A stretch of DNA of 64,000 bases, taken from contig JAJYWL010000016.1 in the NCBI GenBank assembly GCA_021791545.1, positions 219,704 through 283,703 on the forward strand. The letters are read 5' to 3'. The translations under genes were made by a program, and so were the position numbers. The DNA comes from a bacterium. Its GTDB lineage: Bacteria > Patescibacteriota > Microgenomatia > Levybacterales > UBA12049. Of this stretch, positions 1 through 10,354 are shown one piece after another. Below the pieces are notes generated by a model. That model saw only the letters and a program-made list of their open reading frames with translations, was not told where the DNA came from and did no database searches. Position 1 is the stretch's first letter, and the number at the start of each line of letters is the position of its first letter.

Positions 1-1
1 A

Positions 2-85
2 ACAAGAATCTTTGGACCTGTCGCAAGAGAGGTAAGAGACGCGGGATTTACTAAAATCGCCAGCATGGCAGTGGAGGTAGTTTAA
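2..85 (+). CDS. rplN: 50S ribosomal protein L14, 3' partial (..TRIFGPVAREVRDAGFTKIASMAVEVV*)
   Basis: Frame-2 translation matches the conserved uL14 C-terminus. It lies immediately upstream of rplX. Confidence 0.75.
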   Translation, partial: TRIFGPVAREVRDAGFTKIASMAVEVV

Positions 86-86
86 T

Positions 87-392
87 ATGAAATTAATAAA
101 AGGAGATAACGTAAAAGTAGTTAAAGGAAAAGACAAAGGTAAAGACGGAAAAATAGATAAAGTTTTTCCTAAAGAAAATAAAGTATTAATTGAAGGAATA
201 AATACATTCAAAAGACATCTTAAGGCAAGGTCACAGAATGAGCCTTCACAAATTGTTACTTTAACAAAACCTTTGGCAGTAGCAAATGTAGCTTTGGTTT
301 GTCCTAAATGCCACAAGACAACAAGAGTTGCGTACAAAGAAGTAAAAGGTGTAAAATCTAGAATTTGTGCGAAGTGTGAGGAAAAAATATAA
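87..392 (+). CDS. rplX: 50S ribosomal protein L24 (KOW) with C-terminal CxxC..CxxC zinc ribbon
   Basis: N-terminus MKLIKGDNVKVVKGKDKGK is a KOW motif. Position follows rplN. C-terminus reads CPKC..(17 aa)..CAKC. Confidence 0.9.
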   Translation: MKLIKGDNVKVVKGKDKGKDGKIDKVFPKENKVLIEGINTFKRHLKARSQNEPSQIVTLTKPLAVANVALVCPKCHKTTRVAYKEVKGVKSRICAKCEEKI

Positions 393-931
393 TGAATCAA
401 TTACAGGAAAAATACAATAAAGAGCTAGCAAAAGATTTAAAAGAAAAGCTTGGAATTAAAAATGCAAATGCAGTTCCAAAACTTTCAAAGATAGTCCTTA
501 ATATGGGAGTAAGAGATGTTCTTTCGGACAAGAAAAATCTTGAGAAAGCAAGAGAAATACTTACTCAGATTGCAGGACAAAAGCCAAGAACAGTAAAAGC
601 TAAAAAATCTATTGCTACATTTAAATTAAGAGAGGGAGACGAGATTGCATTAATGGCAACATTAAGAGGAAAAAGAATGTACGATTTCTATCAAAGATTA
701 ACATCCATAGTTTTCCCAAGAATCAGAGATTTCAGGGGAGTAAGTAATAAAAGTTTTGACGGAAAAGGAAACTATACTTTGGGATTTGCAGAAAGCACTG
801 TTTTTCCTGAGATAGATGCAAGTAAAGTCGATAGGGTTCAGGGACTTGAAATAAGCTTTGTAACAACAGCAAAAAATAATGAGGAGGGAATCGCATTGCT
901 CACAGCTTTGGGCATGCCTTTTGTTAAATAA
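392..931 (+). CDS. rplE: 50S ribosomal protein L5
   Basis: Conserved uL5 N-terminus; operon order. SD GAGGAAAA lies upstream. Confidence 0.92.
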   Translation: MNQLQEKYNKELAKDLKEKLGIKNANAVPKLSKIVLNMGVRDVLSDKKNLEKAREILTQIAGQKPRTVKAKKSIATFKLREGDEIALMATLRGKRMYDFYQRLTSIVFPRIRDFRGVSNKSFDGKGNYTLGFAESTVFPEIDASKVDRVQGLEISFVTTAKNNEEGIALLTALGMPFVK

Positions 932-932
932 T

Positions 933-1118
933 ATGGCAAAAAAATCTAACGTAGTTAAATTTAATAAGAAACAGAAATTCTCAACAAGAGAAAAGAATAT
1001 CTGCAGAATATGCGGAAGATCAAGTGCATATATGAGAAAATTTGGTATTTGCAGAATTTGCTTTAGGGATCTTGCACAGAAAGGAGAACTTCCAGGGGTA
1101 ATAAAAGCCAGCTGGTAA
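933..1118 (+). CDS. rpsZ: 30S ribosomal protein S14 type Z (zinc-binding, 61 aa)
   Basis: MAKKS..CRICGRS..CRICFR zinc-ribbon pattern. Start chosen at an internal ATG of the tracked ORF. Confidence 0.88.
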   Translation: MAKKSNVVKFNKKQKFSTREKNICRICGRSSAYMRKFGICRICFRDLAQKGELPGVIKASW

Positions 1119-1124
1119 CTTTAT

Positions 1125-1517
1125 ATGAATTATAGAATTGCAGATTTTATAGTAAGAATTAAAAACTCGGCATTGGCCAGAAGAAAAGAAGTTGTTCTTC
1201 CTTTCTCTAACTTAAATAAAGAAGTAGGACAGGTATTGGTAAAACAAGGATTCTTGGAATCCATAAAAGAAGAAAAAGATGGAGCAAACAAAATATTAAA
1301 GGCAGTCATAAAATACGAAAACAGAATTCCTGTTTTGACAGACGTAATGGTAATTTCAAAACCTTCCCTTAGAGTCTATGAAGATGCAAAAGGAATTAGA
1401 GAAATTGAAAAACACGGAAAGAAAACTGTAATTGTTTCGACAAGCCAAGGAGTAATGACAGGAAAACAGGCAATCAAAAAAGGTGTAGGAGGAGAAATAA
1501 TCTTTGCCATTTGGTAA
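1125..1517 (+). CDS. rpsH: 30S ribosomal protein S8
   Basis: IADFIVRIKNS motif; operon order. Confidence 0.92.
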   Translation: MNYRIADFIVRIKNSALARRKEVVLPFSNLNKEVGQVLVKQGFLESIKEEKDGANKILKAVIKYENRIPVLTDVMVISKPSLRVYEDAKGIREIEKHGKKTVIVSTSQGVMTGKQAIKKGVGGEIIFAIW

Positions 1518-1529
1518 AGAAAAACTAAT

Positions 1530-2078
1530 ATGTCAAAAATTGCAAAAATACCGGTTGTCATACAAGACGGAGTTACAGTAAATCTTAATGGAAACGAAGT
1601 TAATGTAAGTGGAACAAAAGGAAATATGAATTTCAAAATTCCATCAGGAATAGAAGTAAAGATGGAAGAAGGAAAACTTTTGGTAACACAAAAAGCATCT
1701 GGAAAAGAAGCAGACGCTTTGTCAGGTCTTGTAAGAGCAACTTTGGCAAATATGGTAAAGGGAGTTTCCCAAGGATTTGAAAAAAAGCTTGAACTTTCCG
1801 GAGTAGGATATAGAGCACAAGCAGGAGGAAATACATTGACATTAAATCTTGGATTTTCCCATCCGGTAAATATCAAGAATGATCAGGGAGTAACATTTAG
1901 CGTTGCCGAAAACATAATTACAGTCATGGGAATAGATAAAGCATTGGTAGGGGATGTTGCTTCTAAGATAAGAGCAATAAGACCACCTGAGCCATACAAG
2001 GGAAAAGGTATCAAATATGTAGGAGAAAGAATAAGAAGAAAAGCAGGAAAAGCTGCAAAAGCAGTAGGAGCAAAATAA
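1530..2078 (+). CDS. rplF: 50S ribosomal protein L6
   Basis: [17 protein letters not shown] motif; length 182 aa. Confidence 0.92.
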   Translation: MSKIAKIPVVIQDGVTVNLNGNEVNVSGTKGNMNFKIPSGIEVKMEEGKLLVTQKASGKEADALSGLVRATLANMVKGVSQGFEKKLELSGVGYRAQAGGNTLTLNLGFSHPVNIKNDQGVTFSVAENIITVMGIDKALVGDVASKIRAIRPPEPYKGKGIKYVGERIRRKAGKAAKAVGAK

Positions 2079-2416
2079 TGAAAAAGACAAGAGAAGAATC
2101 AAGAAAATCTAGAGTAAGAGCAAAAATATTTGGAACAAAAGACAGACCAAGACTTTCTGTCTATAGATCCAATAAATATATTTATGCTCAGGTCATAAAT
2201 GATGATAAGGGTGAAACATTATCAAGTGTTTATGAAAAAGAAATAACAGCAAAAGGAAACAAAACGGAAAGAGCAAAAGAATTGGGACTTCTTTTGGCAA
2301 AAAAGTCCTTGGAGAAAAAAATAAAATCTGTTATTTTTGATAGAGGCGGATACAAATATCACGGAAGAGTAAAAGCTTTTGCAGAAGGTGCAAGAGAGGG
2401 AGGATTAACTTTCTAA
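2078..2416 (+). CDS. rplR: 50S ribosomal protein L18
   Basis: [28 protein letters not shown] pattern. Confidence 0.92.
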   Translation: MKKTREESRKSRVRAKIFGTKDRPRLSVYRSNKYIYAQVINDDKGETLSSVYEKEITAKGNKTERAKELGLLLAKKSLEKKIKSVIFDRGGYKYHGRVKAFAEGAREGGLTF

Positions 2417-2417
2417 T

Positions 2418-2930
2418 ATGGCATACCAAGATAGAAGATTTGAAGAAAAACCAAGAGACGGATTCGAAGAACAGATTGTTCAGGTAAATAGAGTTTCCAA
2501 AAAGACAAAGGGAGGAAACAAAATCGGATTTTCAGTTCTCGCAGTCGTCGGAAATAAGAGTGGAAAAGTCGGAGTAGGACTCGGAAAAGCTCCTGATGTT
2601 TCTTCTGCAATCAAAAAGGGAGTAACACTTGCAAAGAAACACGCAATTGATGTCCCTATTATCGACGGAACAATTCCTTTTGAATTTAATATCAAATTAG
2701 GAGCTGCAAAAGTACTTCTTAAGCCCGCTCCTACAGGAAGTGGTATTATTGCAGGAGGAGCAGTAAGAAGCGTAGTAGCTTTGGCCGGAATTACAAATAT
2801 TTCTTCAAAGGTACTTGGAACAGATAATAAGGCAAGTAACGTTTACGCGACAATTGAGGCCCTTAGAAGACTATCTGAGAGACACAAGAGAGAAAATTTA
2901 AAGAAGGGAAAAGCAAATGAAACTAAATAA
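2418..2930 (+). CDS. rpsE: 30S ribosomal protein S5
   Basis: VNRVSKKTKGGNKIGFSVLAVVGN S5 motif. Confidence 0.92.
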   Translation: MAYQDRRFEEKPRDGFEEQIVQVNRVSKKTKGGNKIGFSVLAVVGNKSGKVGVGLGKAPDVSSAIKKGVTLAKKHAIDVPIIDGTIPFEFNIKLGAAKVLLKPAPTGSGIIAGGAVRSVVALAGITNISSKVLGTDNKASNVYATIEALRRLSERHKRENLKKGKANETK

Positions 2931-3360
2931 CTTGGCAAAGACAGCAGGAAAAAAGAAAAGAAGACTTGGTGAGGGTCACGGAACCGGAAGAGTTAAGACT
3001 TCGGGAAGAGGAACAAAAGGTCAGAAAGCAAGAGGTAAGATATCATTATCTTTTGAAGGTGGAGCACTTCCTCTTATAAAAAGACTTCCTTTTCAAAGAG
3101 GCAAAGGAAAGAACAAAGCTTTCAAAAATAAACCAATAGTAATCAATGTAAAAGTACTTAATCTTTTGAAAAAGGATTCAACGGTTGATGTTGTAAGCCT
3201 TGTAGAAAGAAAAATAGTTGATGCCAAGCAAGCAAAAGAATATGGTGTTAAAATATTAGGTGACGGTGAAATTAGTATTCCATTAACCGTTAAACTTCCC
3301 GTTTCGAAAGGTGCTGCCAAAAAGATAGAAAAAGCAGGCGGGAAGATTGAGAATGGATAG
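2917..3360 (+). CDS. rplO: 50S ribosomal protein L15 (directly overlaps rpsE; no rpmD/L30 gene)
   Basis: [21 protein letters not shown] motif. It overlaps rpsE by 14 nt, so there is no room for L30. Confidence 0.9.
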   Translation: MKLNNLAKTAGKKKRRLGEGHGTGRVKTSGRGTKGQKARGKISLSFEGGALPLIKRLPFQRGKGKNKAFKNKPIVINVKVLNLLKKDSTVDVVSLVERKIVDAKQAKEYGVKILGDGEISIPLTVKLPVSKGAAKKIEKAGGKIENG

Positions 3361-4639
3361 AGTATTAGCGATTTTTAAAAACAGTTACAGGTCGCCAGAA
3401 GTAAGAAAAAAGATTTTATTTACCCTAGCTATCTTCGTTGTCGCAAGAATCTTCGCCCACATACCCGTTGCAGGAGTTAACGTTTCCGAACTAAAAGCAT
3501 TATTTTCCCAGAATCAATTCTTAGGTCTTTTAGATATATTTTCAGGAGGAACTCTTGCTAACTTCTCTGTTATGGGATTGGGTTTAAACCCTTACATCAA
3601 CGCTTCCATTATTTTCCAGCTTTTGGGAATGGTATTTCCAAAGATTGAAGAACTTCAAAAAGAGGGAGAAGCGGGAAGACAAAAGATCAATCAATATACA
3701 AGAATGCTTACTGTTCCGCTTGCTGCTTTACAGGCAGTCGGAATGTATGCACTTTTGAGAAACCAGAATTTAATCGGTACTCTTAATCCTTTGGGACTTT
3801 TATCTTTCCTTTTGACAATGACGGCAGGAACAATGTTTCTTGTCTGGCTCGGAGAGCTTATTACGGAAAGAGGAATCGGAAACGGAATCTCTCTTTTAAT
3901 ATTTGCAGGAATAGTTTCAAGACTTCCCGTCACTTTCGGACAGACGGCTTCTACTGTTAATGCACAGAACTTCTTCAATTTGGGGATATTTGCTGCAATG
4001 GGAATTGCTGTAATAGGGTCAATAGTCATCATTAACGAAGCAACAAGACAGATAACCGTTTATTATGCAAAAAGAGTAAGGGGAAATAAAATGTACGGAG
4101 GAGAATCTACTCATCTTCCTTTAAGACTTAACCAGGCGGGAGTCATTCCAATCATCTTTGCGGTTTCATTAGTACTTCTTCCATCACTTATCGCAAATTA
4201 TCTTTCTGTTTCAAAGATTCCTGTTCTACATAATATTGCAAGCTTTATAACTGTATGGCTTAATCCTTCCGGATTTGTTTATAACGCATTATATTTTCTT
4301 CTCGTAGTAGCATTTACATATTTCTATACTGCTGTAGTCTTCAATCCGAAAAAGATCGCAGAGGAGATACAAAAATACGGTGGTTTTATTCCCGGAATTA
4401 GACCCGGCACTCCAACAGCACATTATCTTAATTACATTCTTACAAGAATAACTTTGGCCGGTGCTATATTCTTAGGTATCATTGCCATATTTCCTACAAT
4501 CGCAAAAGAGATTACAGGAATACAGACTCTTATTATCGGAGGAACAGGAATATTAATCGTTGTTTCCGTAGTTTTGGAAACAATAAAAGCAATTGAAGCT
4601 CAACTTGTAATGAGAAATTACGAAGGATTTGCAAAATAA
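3347..4639 (+). CDS. secY: preprotein translocase SecY
   Basis: 430-aa polytopic membrane protein in the conserved position after rplO, with SecY motifs. Confidence 0.9.
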   Translation: MRMDRVLAIFKNSYRSPEVRKKILFTLAIFVVARIFAHIPVAGVNVSELKALFSQNQFLGLLDIFSGGTLANFSVMGLGLNPYINASIIFQLLGMVFPKIEELQKEGEAGRQKINQYTRMLTVPLAALQAVGMYALLRNQNLIGTLNPLGLLSFLLTMTAGTMFLVWLGELITERGIGNGISLLIFAGIVSRLPVTFGQTASTVNAQNFFNLGIFAAMGIAVIGSIVIINEATRQITVYYAKRVRGNKMYGGESTHLPLRLNQAGVIPIIFAVSLVLLPSLIANYLSVSKIPVLHNIASFITVWLNPSGFVYNALYFLLVVAFTYFYTAVVFNPKKIAEEIQKYGGFIPGIRPGTPTAHYLNYILTRITLAGAIFLGIIAIFPTIAKEITGIQTLIIGGTGILIVVSVVLETIKAIEAQLVMRNYEGFAK

Positions 4640-5172
4640 TGAAATTTATTTTAATAGGCATTCAAGGAGCGGGAAAATCAACTCAGGGAAATCTTCTAAG
4701 AGATAAACTTCAAATACCATATCTTTCCACGGGACACATATTCAGGGAAATGTCTAAAGAAAAAACTCCCGAAGGAAGATACATAAAAGAAACAATCAAT
4801 GCGGGATATCTTATCCCGGACGGAAAAACTTTAGAGATAGTAACCAATTACCTTCATAAACCTTATTACAAAAACGGATATATACTCGACGGTTTTCCAA
4901 GGACAAGCAAACAAGCAGAAGAGTTTGAAAATGGAGTAGACAAAGTTATATATCTTAGGGTATCCGATAAGGAAGCTTTGTGGAGACTTTCGGGAAGAGA
5001 CGATAATAGAGACGACGATACCTTAAAAGCGATAAGAAGAAGAATTGAAATATTCCATGAGATTACGGAACCGGTTTTAGATTTTTACAGAAAGAAAGGC
5101 CTCCTTTTGGAAATAGACGGTGAACAATCCATCGAAGATATACATAAAGAAATCCTGTCCAAAATCAAATAA
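4639..5172 (+). CDS. adk: adenylate kinase
   Basis: GIQGAGKSTQG P-loop; position after secY. Confidence 0.88.
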   Translation: MKFILIGIQGAGKSTQGNLLRDKLQIPYLSTGHIFREMSKEKTPEGRYIKETINAGYLIPDGKTLEIVTNYLHKPYYKNGYILDGFPRTSKQAEEFENGVDKVIYLRVSDKEALWRLSGRDDNRDDDTLKAIRRRIEIFHEITEPVLDFYRKKGLLLEIDGEQSIEDIHKEILSKIK

Positions 5173-5194
5173 TTATGGTGGAGTTAGTCCTCAA

Positions 5195-5893
5195 ATGAAA
5201 GGTTTTTCAATAGCAATAGATGGACCCGTTGCATCGGGTAAGGGAACACTAGCTCTTGCCTTGGCAAAAAGATTAGACGGTTTCTTTTTGAATACGGGGG
5301 CAATGTATAGATCTTTGGCTCTACTTGCTTTTGAAAAGGGAGTAGATTTCAATGATGAAGAAGAAGTTCTGAAACTATTACCTTTAGTAAATGTTGATCT
5401 TAGAGACGGAAAAGTATTTTTAAATGGAAAAGATGTCACAGATGAAATAAAAAAACCTGATCCAGATAAGGGAAGTTCAATAGTGGCGGTATATAAAAAA
5501 GTAAGGGAAGTTATGGTTTCAAAGCAACAAGAACTGGCTAGTAAATACATTGAGATGGGAAAAGTAGTAATAGGTGAAGGAAGAGATGCGGGAACAAGAG
5601 TTCTTCCCGATGCTTCTTTAAAAATATTTTTGACAGCAGATGTTCAAATAAGGGCAAAAAGAAGACAGCAGCTTTATAAATCAAAGGGAGTGGAAAAAAG
5701 CTTTGAGGAAGTATTGGAAGAAGCAAAAATTAGAGATGAGAGAGATAGCTCAAGAGAAATAGATCCGTTACCAACCGATCCCGAAAAATTAGGATACTGG
5801 ATATTAGATAATTCAATGCAGACTGAAGAAGAATCCATAAATGTTATAATGGATGAGTTAAAGAGGAGAGGTTTATTAAATGATAAAAATTAA
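5195..5893 (+). CDS. cmk: cytidylate kinase
   Basis: IAIDGPVASGKGT, NTGAMYR, GRDAGTRVLPDA, IFLTADVQIRAKRR motifs. Start chosen at an internal ATG. Confidence 0.85.
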   Translation: MKGFSIAIDGPVASGKGTLALALAKRLDGFFLNTGAMYRSLALLAFEKGVDFNDEEEVLKLLPLVNVDLRDGKVFLNGKDVTDEIKKPDPDKGSSIVAVYKKVREVMVSKQQELASKYIEMGKVVIGEGRDAGTRVLPDASLKIFLTADVQIRAKRRQQLYKSKGVEKSFEEVLEEAKIRDERDSSREIDPLPTDPEKLGYWILDNSMQTEEESINVIMDELKRRGLLNDKN

Positions 5894-6635
5894 AACACCA
5901 GAAGAAATAAAAATAATGGAAGAGGGAGGAAAAATCCTTGCAGACACTCTTTTTGCCGTGATGGATGCAGTAAAAGTGGGAGTATCCGAACTTGAGATAG
6001 ACGCATTGGCAGAAAAAATGATAAGAGAAAGAGGCGGAGAACCCGGATTCAAGTTAGTTGAGGGATATCATCATACGATTTGTATTTCAACTAATGACGT
6101 AGTTGTCCACGGAATTCCTACAAATTACAGATTTAAAGAAGGGGACGTCGTCGGAGTAGACTGCGGAGTATTCTATAAAGGGTTCCATACAGATATGTCC
6201 GAGACAAAAATTGTGGGAAAAGCTTCAGAGGAAGTTAAAAGATTCGTTTCCGTAGGAAAGAAAGCTTTGGAAGCAGGTATGGAGAAAGCAATTGAGGGAA
6301 ATAGAGTCGGAGATATCTCAAAGGCAATTCAGGATATAGTTGAGGGTAAAAACGGATATTCGATAGTATTAAGCCTTGTAGGACACGGAGTAGGAAGAGA
6401 ACTCCATGAAGAACCAGAGATTCCAGGCTATTTAACTAAATCCATTGCTAAAACCCCACTTCTTAAAAAGGGAATGGTTATTGCTGTAGAAGTTATATAT
6501 AACATGGGTGGAGCCGATGTCGTATATACGGAAGATGACGATTGGACTATAAAAACAGCAGATGGTAGCCTTGCTGGTCTTTTTGAGAGGACCGTTGCCA
6601 TCACCGGAAATAAACTTCATATTATTACAAAATAA
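5880..6635 (+). CDS. map: type I methionine aminopeptidase
   Basis: MAP pita-bread fold motifs (HGIP, DxGV.Y.GFH, GHGVGRELHEEP). Confidence 0.88.
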   Translation: MIKIKTPEEIKIMEEGGKILADTLFAVMDAVKVGVSELEIDALAEKMIRERGGEPGFKLVEGYHHTICISTNDVVVHGIPTNYRFKEGDVVGVDCGVFYKGFHTDMSETKIVGKASEEVKRFVSVGKKALEAGMEKAIEGNRVGDISKAIQDIVEGKNGYSIVLSLVGHGVGRELHEEPEIPGYLTKSIAKTPLLKKGMVIAVEVIYNMGGADVVYTEDDDWTIKTADGSLAGLFERTVAITGNKLHIITK

Positions 6636-6647
6636 GCTGAGGCTATA

Positions 6648-6676
6648 TTGCTCTTTTTGAGATTGTTTGGTATAAT
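6648..6676 (+). promoter_or_regulatory. sigma70-like promoter TTGCTC-N17-TGgTATAAT upstream of infA
   Basis: Hexamers read directly: -35 at 6648-6653 and -10 at 6671-6676, with an extended -10 TG. Confidence 0.45.
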
Positions 6677-6720
6677 TATTGAAATTCTAAATTCGTTAAG
6701 AGTTTAGGATTTGTATTTTT

Positions 6721-6936
6721 ATGGCTCATCAGGGCTCATTTGAGGAAGAGGGAAAAGTTCTGGAAGCATTACCTAATACCCTTTTTCGAGTAGAACTGGG
6801 AAACGGTGATGTAATTTTATGCCATCTCTCAGGTAAGATGCGAATGCATTTCATAAAGATACTACCGGGCGATAGGGTAAGGGTTGAAATGACTCCTTAC
6901 GACAAGACAAAAGGAAGGATTACATACAGGAAATAA
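6721..6936 (+). CDS. infA: translation initiation factor IF-1
   Basis: 71 aa, S1-like, with [16 protein letters not shown] motif. Confidence 0.9.
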   Translation: MAHQGSFEEEGKVLEALPNTLFRVELGNGDVILCHLSGKMRMHFIKILPGDRVRVEMTPYDKTKGRITYRK

Positions 6937-6937
6937 T

Positions 6938-7051
6938 ATGAAAGTACAAGCAAGCGTAAAACCAAGATGCATGAAGTGCAGAATAATTAGAAGAAAGGGA
7001 GTTGTCAGGATTGTCTGCGATAATCCAAGACACAACCAGAGACAAGGTTAA
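6938..7051 (+). CDS. rpmJ: 50S ribosomal protein L36 (37 aa; not in ORF track)
   Basis: Manual translation [37 protein letters not shown] with CxxC..C..H pattern. Lies between infA and rpsM. Confidence 0.85.
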   Translation: MKVQASVKPRCMKCRIIRRKGVVRIVCDNPRHNQRQG

Positions 7052-7053
7052 TT

Positions 7054-7446
7054 ATGAGAATTTCAGGAGTAAATGTACCAGACGAAAAAAGAGTTGATAT
7101 AGGTTTAACCTATCTTTACGGTATTGGAAGAGGAAATGTAGATAAGGTATTGGCTGCAGCAAAGGTAGAAGCATCAAAAAGAATAAAGGATTTGACCGAA
7201 GACGAACAGAAAAGACTTCAGAGAGCTTTGGAAACATACAAACTCGAGGGAGATCTAAGAGTAGAAATCCAAAACAACATAAAAAGACTTAAGGAAATCA
7301 GTGCATATAGAGGAGTAAGGCATAGCAGAAATCTTCCAGTAAGAGGACAGAGAACAAAATCAAATGCAAGAACAAAGAGAGGAAAGAGAGTTACCATCGG
7401 TGCTATCAAGAAAGAAGTAGCAGCAAAGATGGGAATAACAGCATAA
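7054..7446 (+). CDS. rpsM: 30S ribosomal protein S13
   Basis: [25 protein letters not shown] motif. Confidence 0.92.
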   Translation: MRISGVNVPDEKRVDIGLTYLYGIGRGNVDKVLAAAKVEASKRIKDLTEDEQKRLQRALETYKLEGDLRVEIQNNIKRLKEISAYRGVRHSRNLPVRGQRTKSNARTKRGKRVTIGAIKKEVAAKMGITA

Positions 7447-7447
7447 T

Positions 7448-7849
7448 ATGGCAAAAGATACTAAACAAGTAAAGACAAAAGCAAAAAAGAAAACACTTTC
7501 GGTTTCCGAAAGAGGTAAAGTGTTTGTATCCGCAACTTTCAACAACACTCTGGTAACAATAACAAACGAAAAGGGTGACACCGTCGCCTGGAGCTCTGCC
7601 GGAGCAGCAGGATTCAAGGGAACAAGAAAGTCTACTCCTTTTGCCGCAACAACAGCAGTAGAAAACGTAGCAAAAAAAGCAGTAGAAAGAGGAATAAAAA
7701 CAGTAGAAGTTTATGTTAAGGGACCCGGATCCGGAAGAGACGCAGCGTTAAGAGCTGTAAAATCCGCAGGACTTTCTATCTCATTGATTGCAGATCTAAC
7801 ACCTATCCCACACAACGGACCTAGAGCAGAGAAAAGGAGAAGAATTTAA
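7448..7849 (+). CDS. rpsK: 30S ribosomal protein S11
   Basis: S11 motifs (VTITNEKGD.., [12 protein letters not shown]). Confidence 0.92.
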   Translation: MAKDTKQVKTKAKKKTLSVSERGKVFVSATFNNTLVTITNEKGDTVAWSSAGAAGFKGTRKSTPFAATTAVENVAKKAVERGIKTVEVYVKGPGSGRDAALRAVKSAGLSISLIADLTPIPHNGPRAEKRRRI

Positions 7850-8457
7850 TGGCAAGATATACAGGACCAAAACATAGAACAGTAAGAAAAGAAGGAGTAA
7901 ACCTTTTAGATAAAGCATCAAACAGCCTTCAGAGAAGATTAAACGTTCCTCCAGGAATGCATGGGAAGAAAAGAAAAAGAAGACTTTCAGAATATGGACT
8001 TCAGTTGAGAGAAAAACAGAAAGCAAAGACAACATACGGTCTTTTGGAAAAACAATTCAAAAACTTGGTACAGACAGTACAGAAGAAAAAAGGACAAACA
8101 GACGAATTAATATTATCCATGCTTGAAACAAGACTTGATAACCTTGTATATAGATTGGGTTTTGCAAAGACAAGATTTATGTCAAGACAAATGGTTTCCC
8201 ATGGACATGTTTTGGTAAACGGAAAGAAAGTAACAATCCCATCCTATCAGGTAAAAGTAGAGGATGTTATCTCTCTTTCTCCTAAAATGCAGACAAATTC
8301 AAAAGTTTTGGAATTGGTAAATGAAGAAACGGAAGCAGAGATACTTCCTTTCCTTCAGAAAAAAGCATTTACAGGAAAGCTCGTAAGAGCACCAAAAAAG
8401 GATGATGTTCAGGTTCCATTCGACATGCAGTTGATTATTGAATATTATTCCAGATAG
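7849..8457 (+). CDS. rpsD: 30S ribosomal protein S4
   Basis: MARYTGPK start and S4 domain. Confidence 0.92.
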   Translation: MARYTGPKHRTVRKEGVNLLDKASNSLQRRLNVPPGMHGKKRKRRLSEYGLQLREKQKAKTTYGLLEKQFKNLVQTVQKKKGQTDELILSMLETRLDNLVYRLGFAKTRFMSRQMVSHGHVLVNGKKVTIPSYQVKVEDVISLSPKMQTNSKVLELVNEETEAEILPFLQKKAFTGKLVRAPKKDDVQVPFDMQLIIEYYSR

Positions 8458-8474
8458 TGATAAAATATTAAACT

Positions 8475-9395
8475 ATGGTTGAGCCGACATTTAAAGTTAA
8501 AGAAGAAAATTTAAGAGACGACTACGGTGAGTTCGTATTCGAACCACTAGAGCCGGGATACGGTCATACAATGGGAGAAGCTTTAAGAAGAGTTCTTTTG
8601 GTTTCTATCCCAGGTGTTGCAGTAACCTCTGTAAAGATCTCTGGAGTAAAGCACAAATTTACAACAGTTCCTGGACTTAAGGAAAACGTTGTAGATCTTC
8701 TTTTGAATATCAAGGGATTAAACATGAGACTCTTAGATTCAAAGAATTCCTCAACAGTAAGACTTTCAGTTAAAGGTCCTAAAGAAATAACAGCAAAAGA
8801 TTTGGAACTTCCAGAAGACGTAGAAATCGTAAACAAAGACCACTACATTGGATATCTCTCAGAAAAAGGTAAATTGGAAATGGAACTCACAGTCGAAAAA
8901 GGATTGGGATATTCATTGGCAGAAGAGAGAAAAGTTTCAACACTCGGAGTATTAACAACAGACGCAGTATTTACCCCAGTAAGAAGAGTTTTAGTAGAAG
9001 TTAGTGCAACCAGGGTTGGAAGACAAACAAACCTTGACAGATTGGTATTGAAAGTTTGGACCAACGGAGTTGTAAAACCAAAAGATGCTTTGGATGAAGC
9101 AGCAAAGATTCTTGCAAGTTATTTCTTCCAGGTATACGAACCAAAAGCAAATCTTCCTGAAGCATCAGTTTCTGCACACCCTGCAGTTTCTGAGAACTTG
9201 ATGAAGATGACAATCGATGAATTGGATCTTCCTACAAGAATCTATAACAGCCTCAGAAACGGTGGAATTGAGACATTGGGACAGCTTCTTGAAACACCAA
9301 GGAAAGAGTTGATTTCCATGAGAAACATGGGCGGGAAATCAATTGTAGTAATTGAAGAGAAGCTTAGAGAAAAAGGTATAAGCTTGTCTGTCTAA
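8475..9395 (+). CDS. rpoA: DNA-directed RNA polymerase alpha subunit
   Basis: 306 aa with N-terminal dimerisation and C-terminal DNA-binding domains. Position between rpsD and rplQ. Confidence 0.9.
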   Translation: MVEPTFKVKEENLRDDYGEFVFEPLEPGYGHTMGEALRRVLLVSIPGVAVTSVKISGVKHKFTTVPGLKENVVDLLLNIKGLNMRLLDSKNSSTVRLSVKGPKEITAKDLELPEDVEIVNKDHYIGYLSEKGKLEMELTVEKGLGYSLAEERKVSTLGVLTTDAVFTPVRRVLVEVSATRVGRQTNLDRLVLKVWTNGVVKPKDALDEAAKILASYFFQVYEPKANLPEASVSAHPAVSENLMKMTIDELDLPTRIYNSLRNGGIETLGQLLETPRKELISMRNMGGKSIVVIEEKLREKGISLSV

Positions 9396-9443
9396 CCCTA
9401 ACCTTGTATTGTACCTCGTGAAGACCTGTTCCAATTTTTTAAT

Positions 9444-9923
9444 ATGAAAAAAAGCGTATTCGGCAGAAAATTTAAAAGGGATGTAGACGAGAGGAAAGCT
9501 CTTTTTAAGAACTTGGTTTCGTCTCTTATTTTAGAGGAAAGAATTGAAACTACAGAACAAAAAGCAAAAGCTATAAAAGCTGATGTTGAAAAGTTAGTAA
9601 CAAAAGCAAAGAAAAACACACTTAAAGAAGGAGAGAATATAACTCCCAAAGCCCTTAAGAAAATGATTGAAAGTGTAGCTCCAAGATTTAAAGACAGAAA
9701 CGGCGGATACACAAGAATAACAAGAGTAGGAAAAAGATTCGGCGACGATGCATTCATGGTAGTTTTGGAATGGGTTGAAAAAGCACCGGTAGTTTTGGTA
9801 AATACAGAAAAAGGAACAGCTAAAAAAGCTGCACCGGAAAAGAAAGAAATAAAAAAAGAAACCCCTAAAAAGACAGCAAAACCAGCGCCAAAGAAAAAAG
9901 AAGTGAAGGAGAAAAAGAAATAA
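9444..9923 (+). CDS. rplQ: 50S ribosomal protein L17 with about 50-aa Lys/Glu-rich C-terminal extension
   Basis: L17 core (RKFKRDVDERKALFKNL..) followed by a KKAAPEKKEIKKETPKK tail. Confidence 0.88.
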   Translation: MKKSVFGRKFKRDVDERKALFKNLVSSLILEERIETTEQKAKAIKADVEKLVTKAKKNTLKEGENITPKALKKMIESVAPRFKDRNGGYTRITRVGKRFGDDAFMVVLEWVEKAPVVLVNTEKGTAKKAAPEKKEIKKETPKKTAKPAPKKKEVKEKKK

Positions 9924-9924
9924 T

Positions 9925-10353
9925 ATGAAATCGTCTTCTGCAACAAAGTTAAGTGAAATTAAAAGAGAGTGGCATTTAGTAGATGTTAATGAAAAGATAT
10001 TGGGAAGAGTTGCAACAGAAATTGCACTTCTTTTAATGGGAAAATCAAAAGCTAATTTTGTTAAAAACCTTGATTGCGGAGATTATGTTGTAGTTGTAAA
10101 TGCAAAAAAGATTAAAGTAACAGGAAACAAAGAAACACAGAAAAAATATTTCAGACATTCAGGATATCCCGGAGGATTTAAGGCAGAAGCATTTGATAAA
10201 CTATTAGAGAGGAAACCTGAAGAAATAATAATACATGCAGTTTCAGGTATGCTTCCTCAGACAAGATTAAAAGCACAGATGCTTAAAAGATTACATGTAT
10301 TTGCAGGAGAAGAACATAAATTTGCAGACAAATTTAAAGTAGAGGCTAAATAA
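9925..10353 (+). CDS. rplM: 50S ribosomal protein L13
   Basis: WHLVDVNEKILGRVAT motif. Confidence 0.9.
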   Translation: MKSSSATKLSEIKREWHLVDVNEKILGRVATEIALLLMGKSKANFVKNLDCGDYVVVVNAKKIKVTGNKETQKKYFRHSGYPGGFKAEAFDKLLERKPEEIIIHAVSGMLPQTRLKAQMLKRLHVFAGEEHKFADKFKVEAK

Positions 10354-10354
10354 A

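Noticed and set aside
1376-2102. Antisense ORFs (166 aa, 69 aa, 86 aa) overlapping rpsH/rplF; similar ORFs opposite secY, rpoA, secA and others
   Set aside because: They lie opposite highly conserved genes, have low-complexity composition and no start or SD context, so they are spurious.
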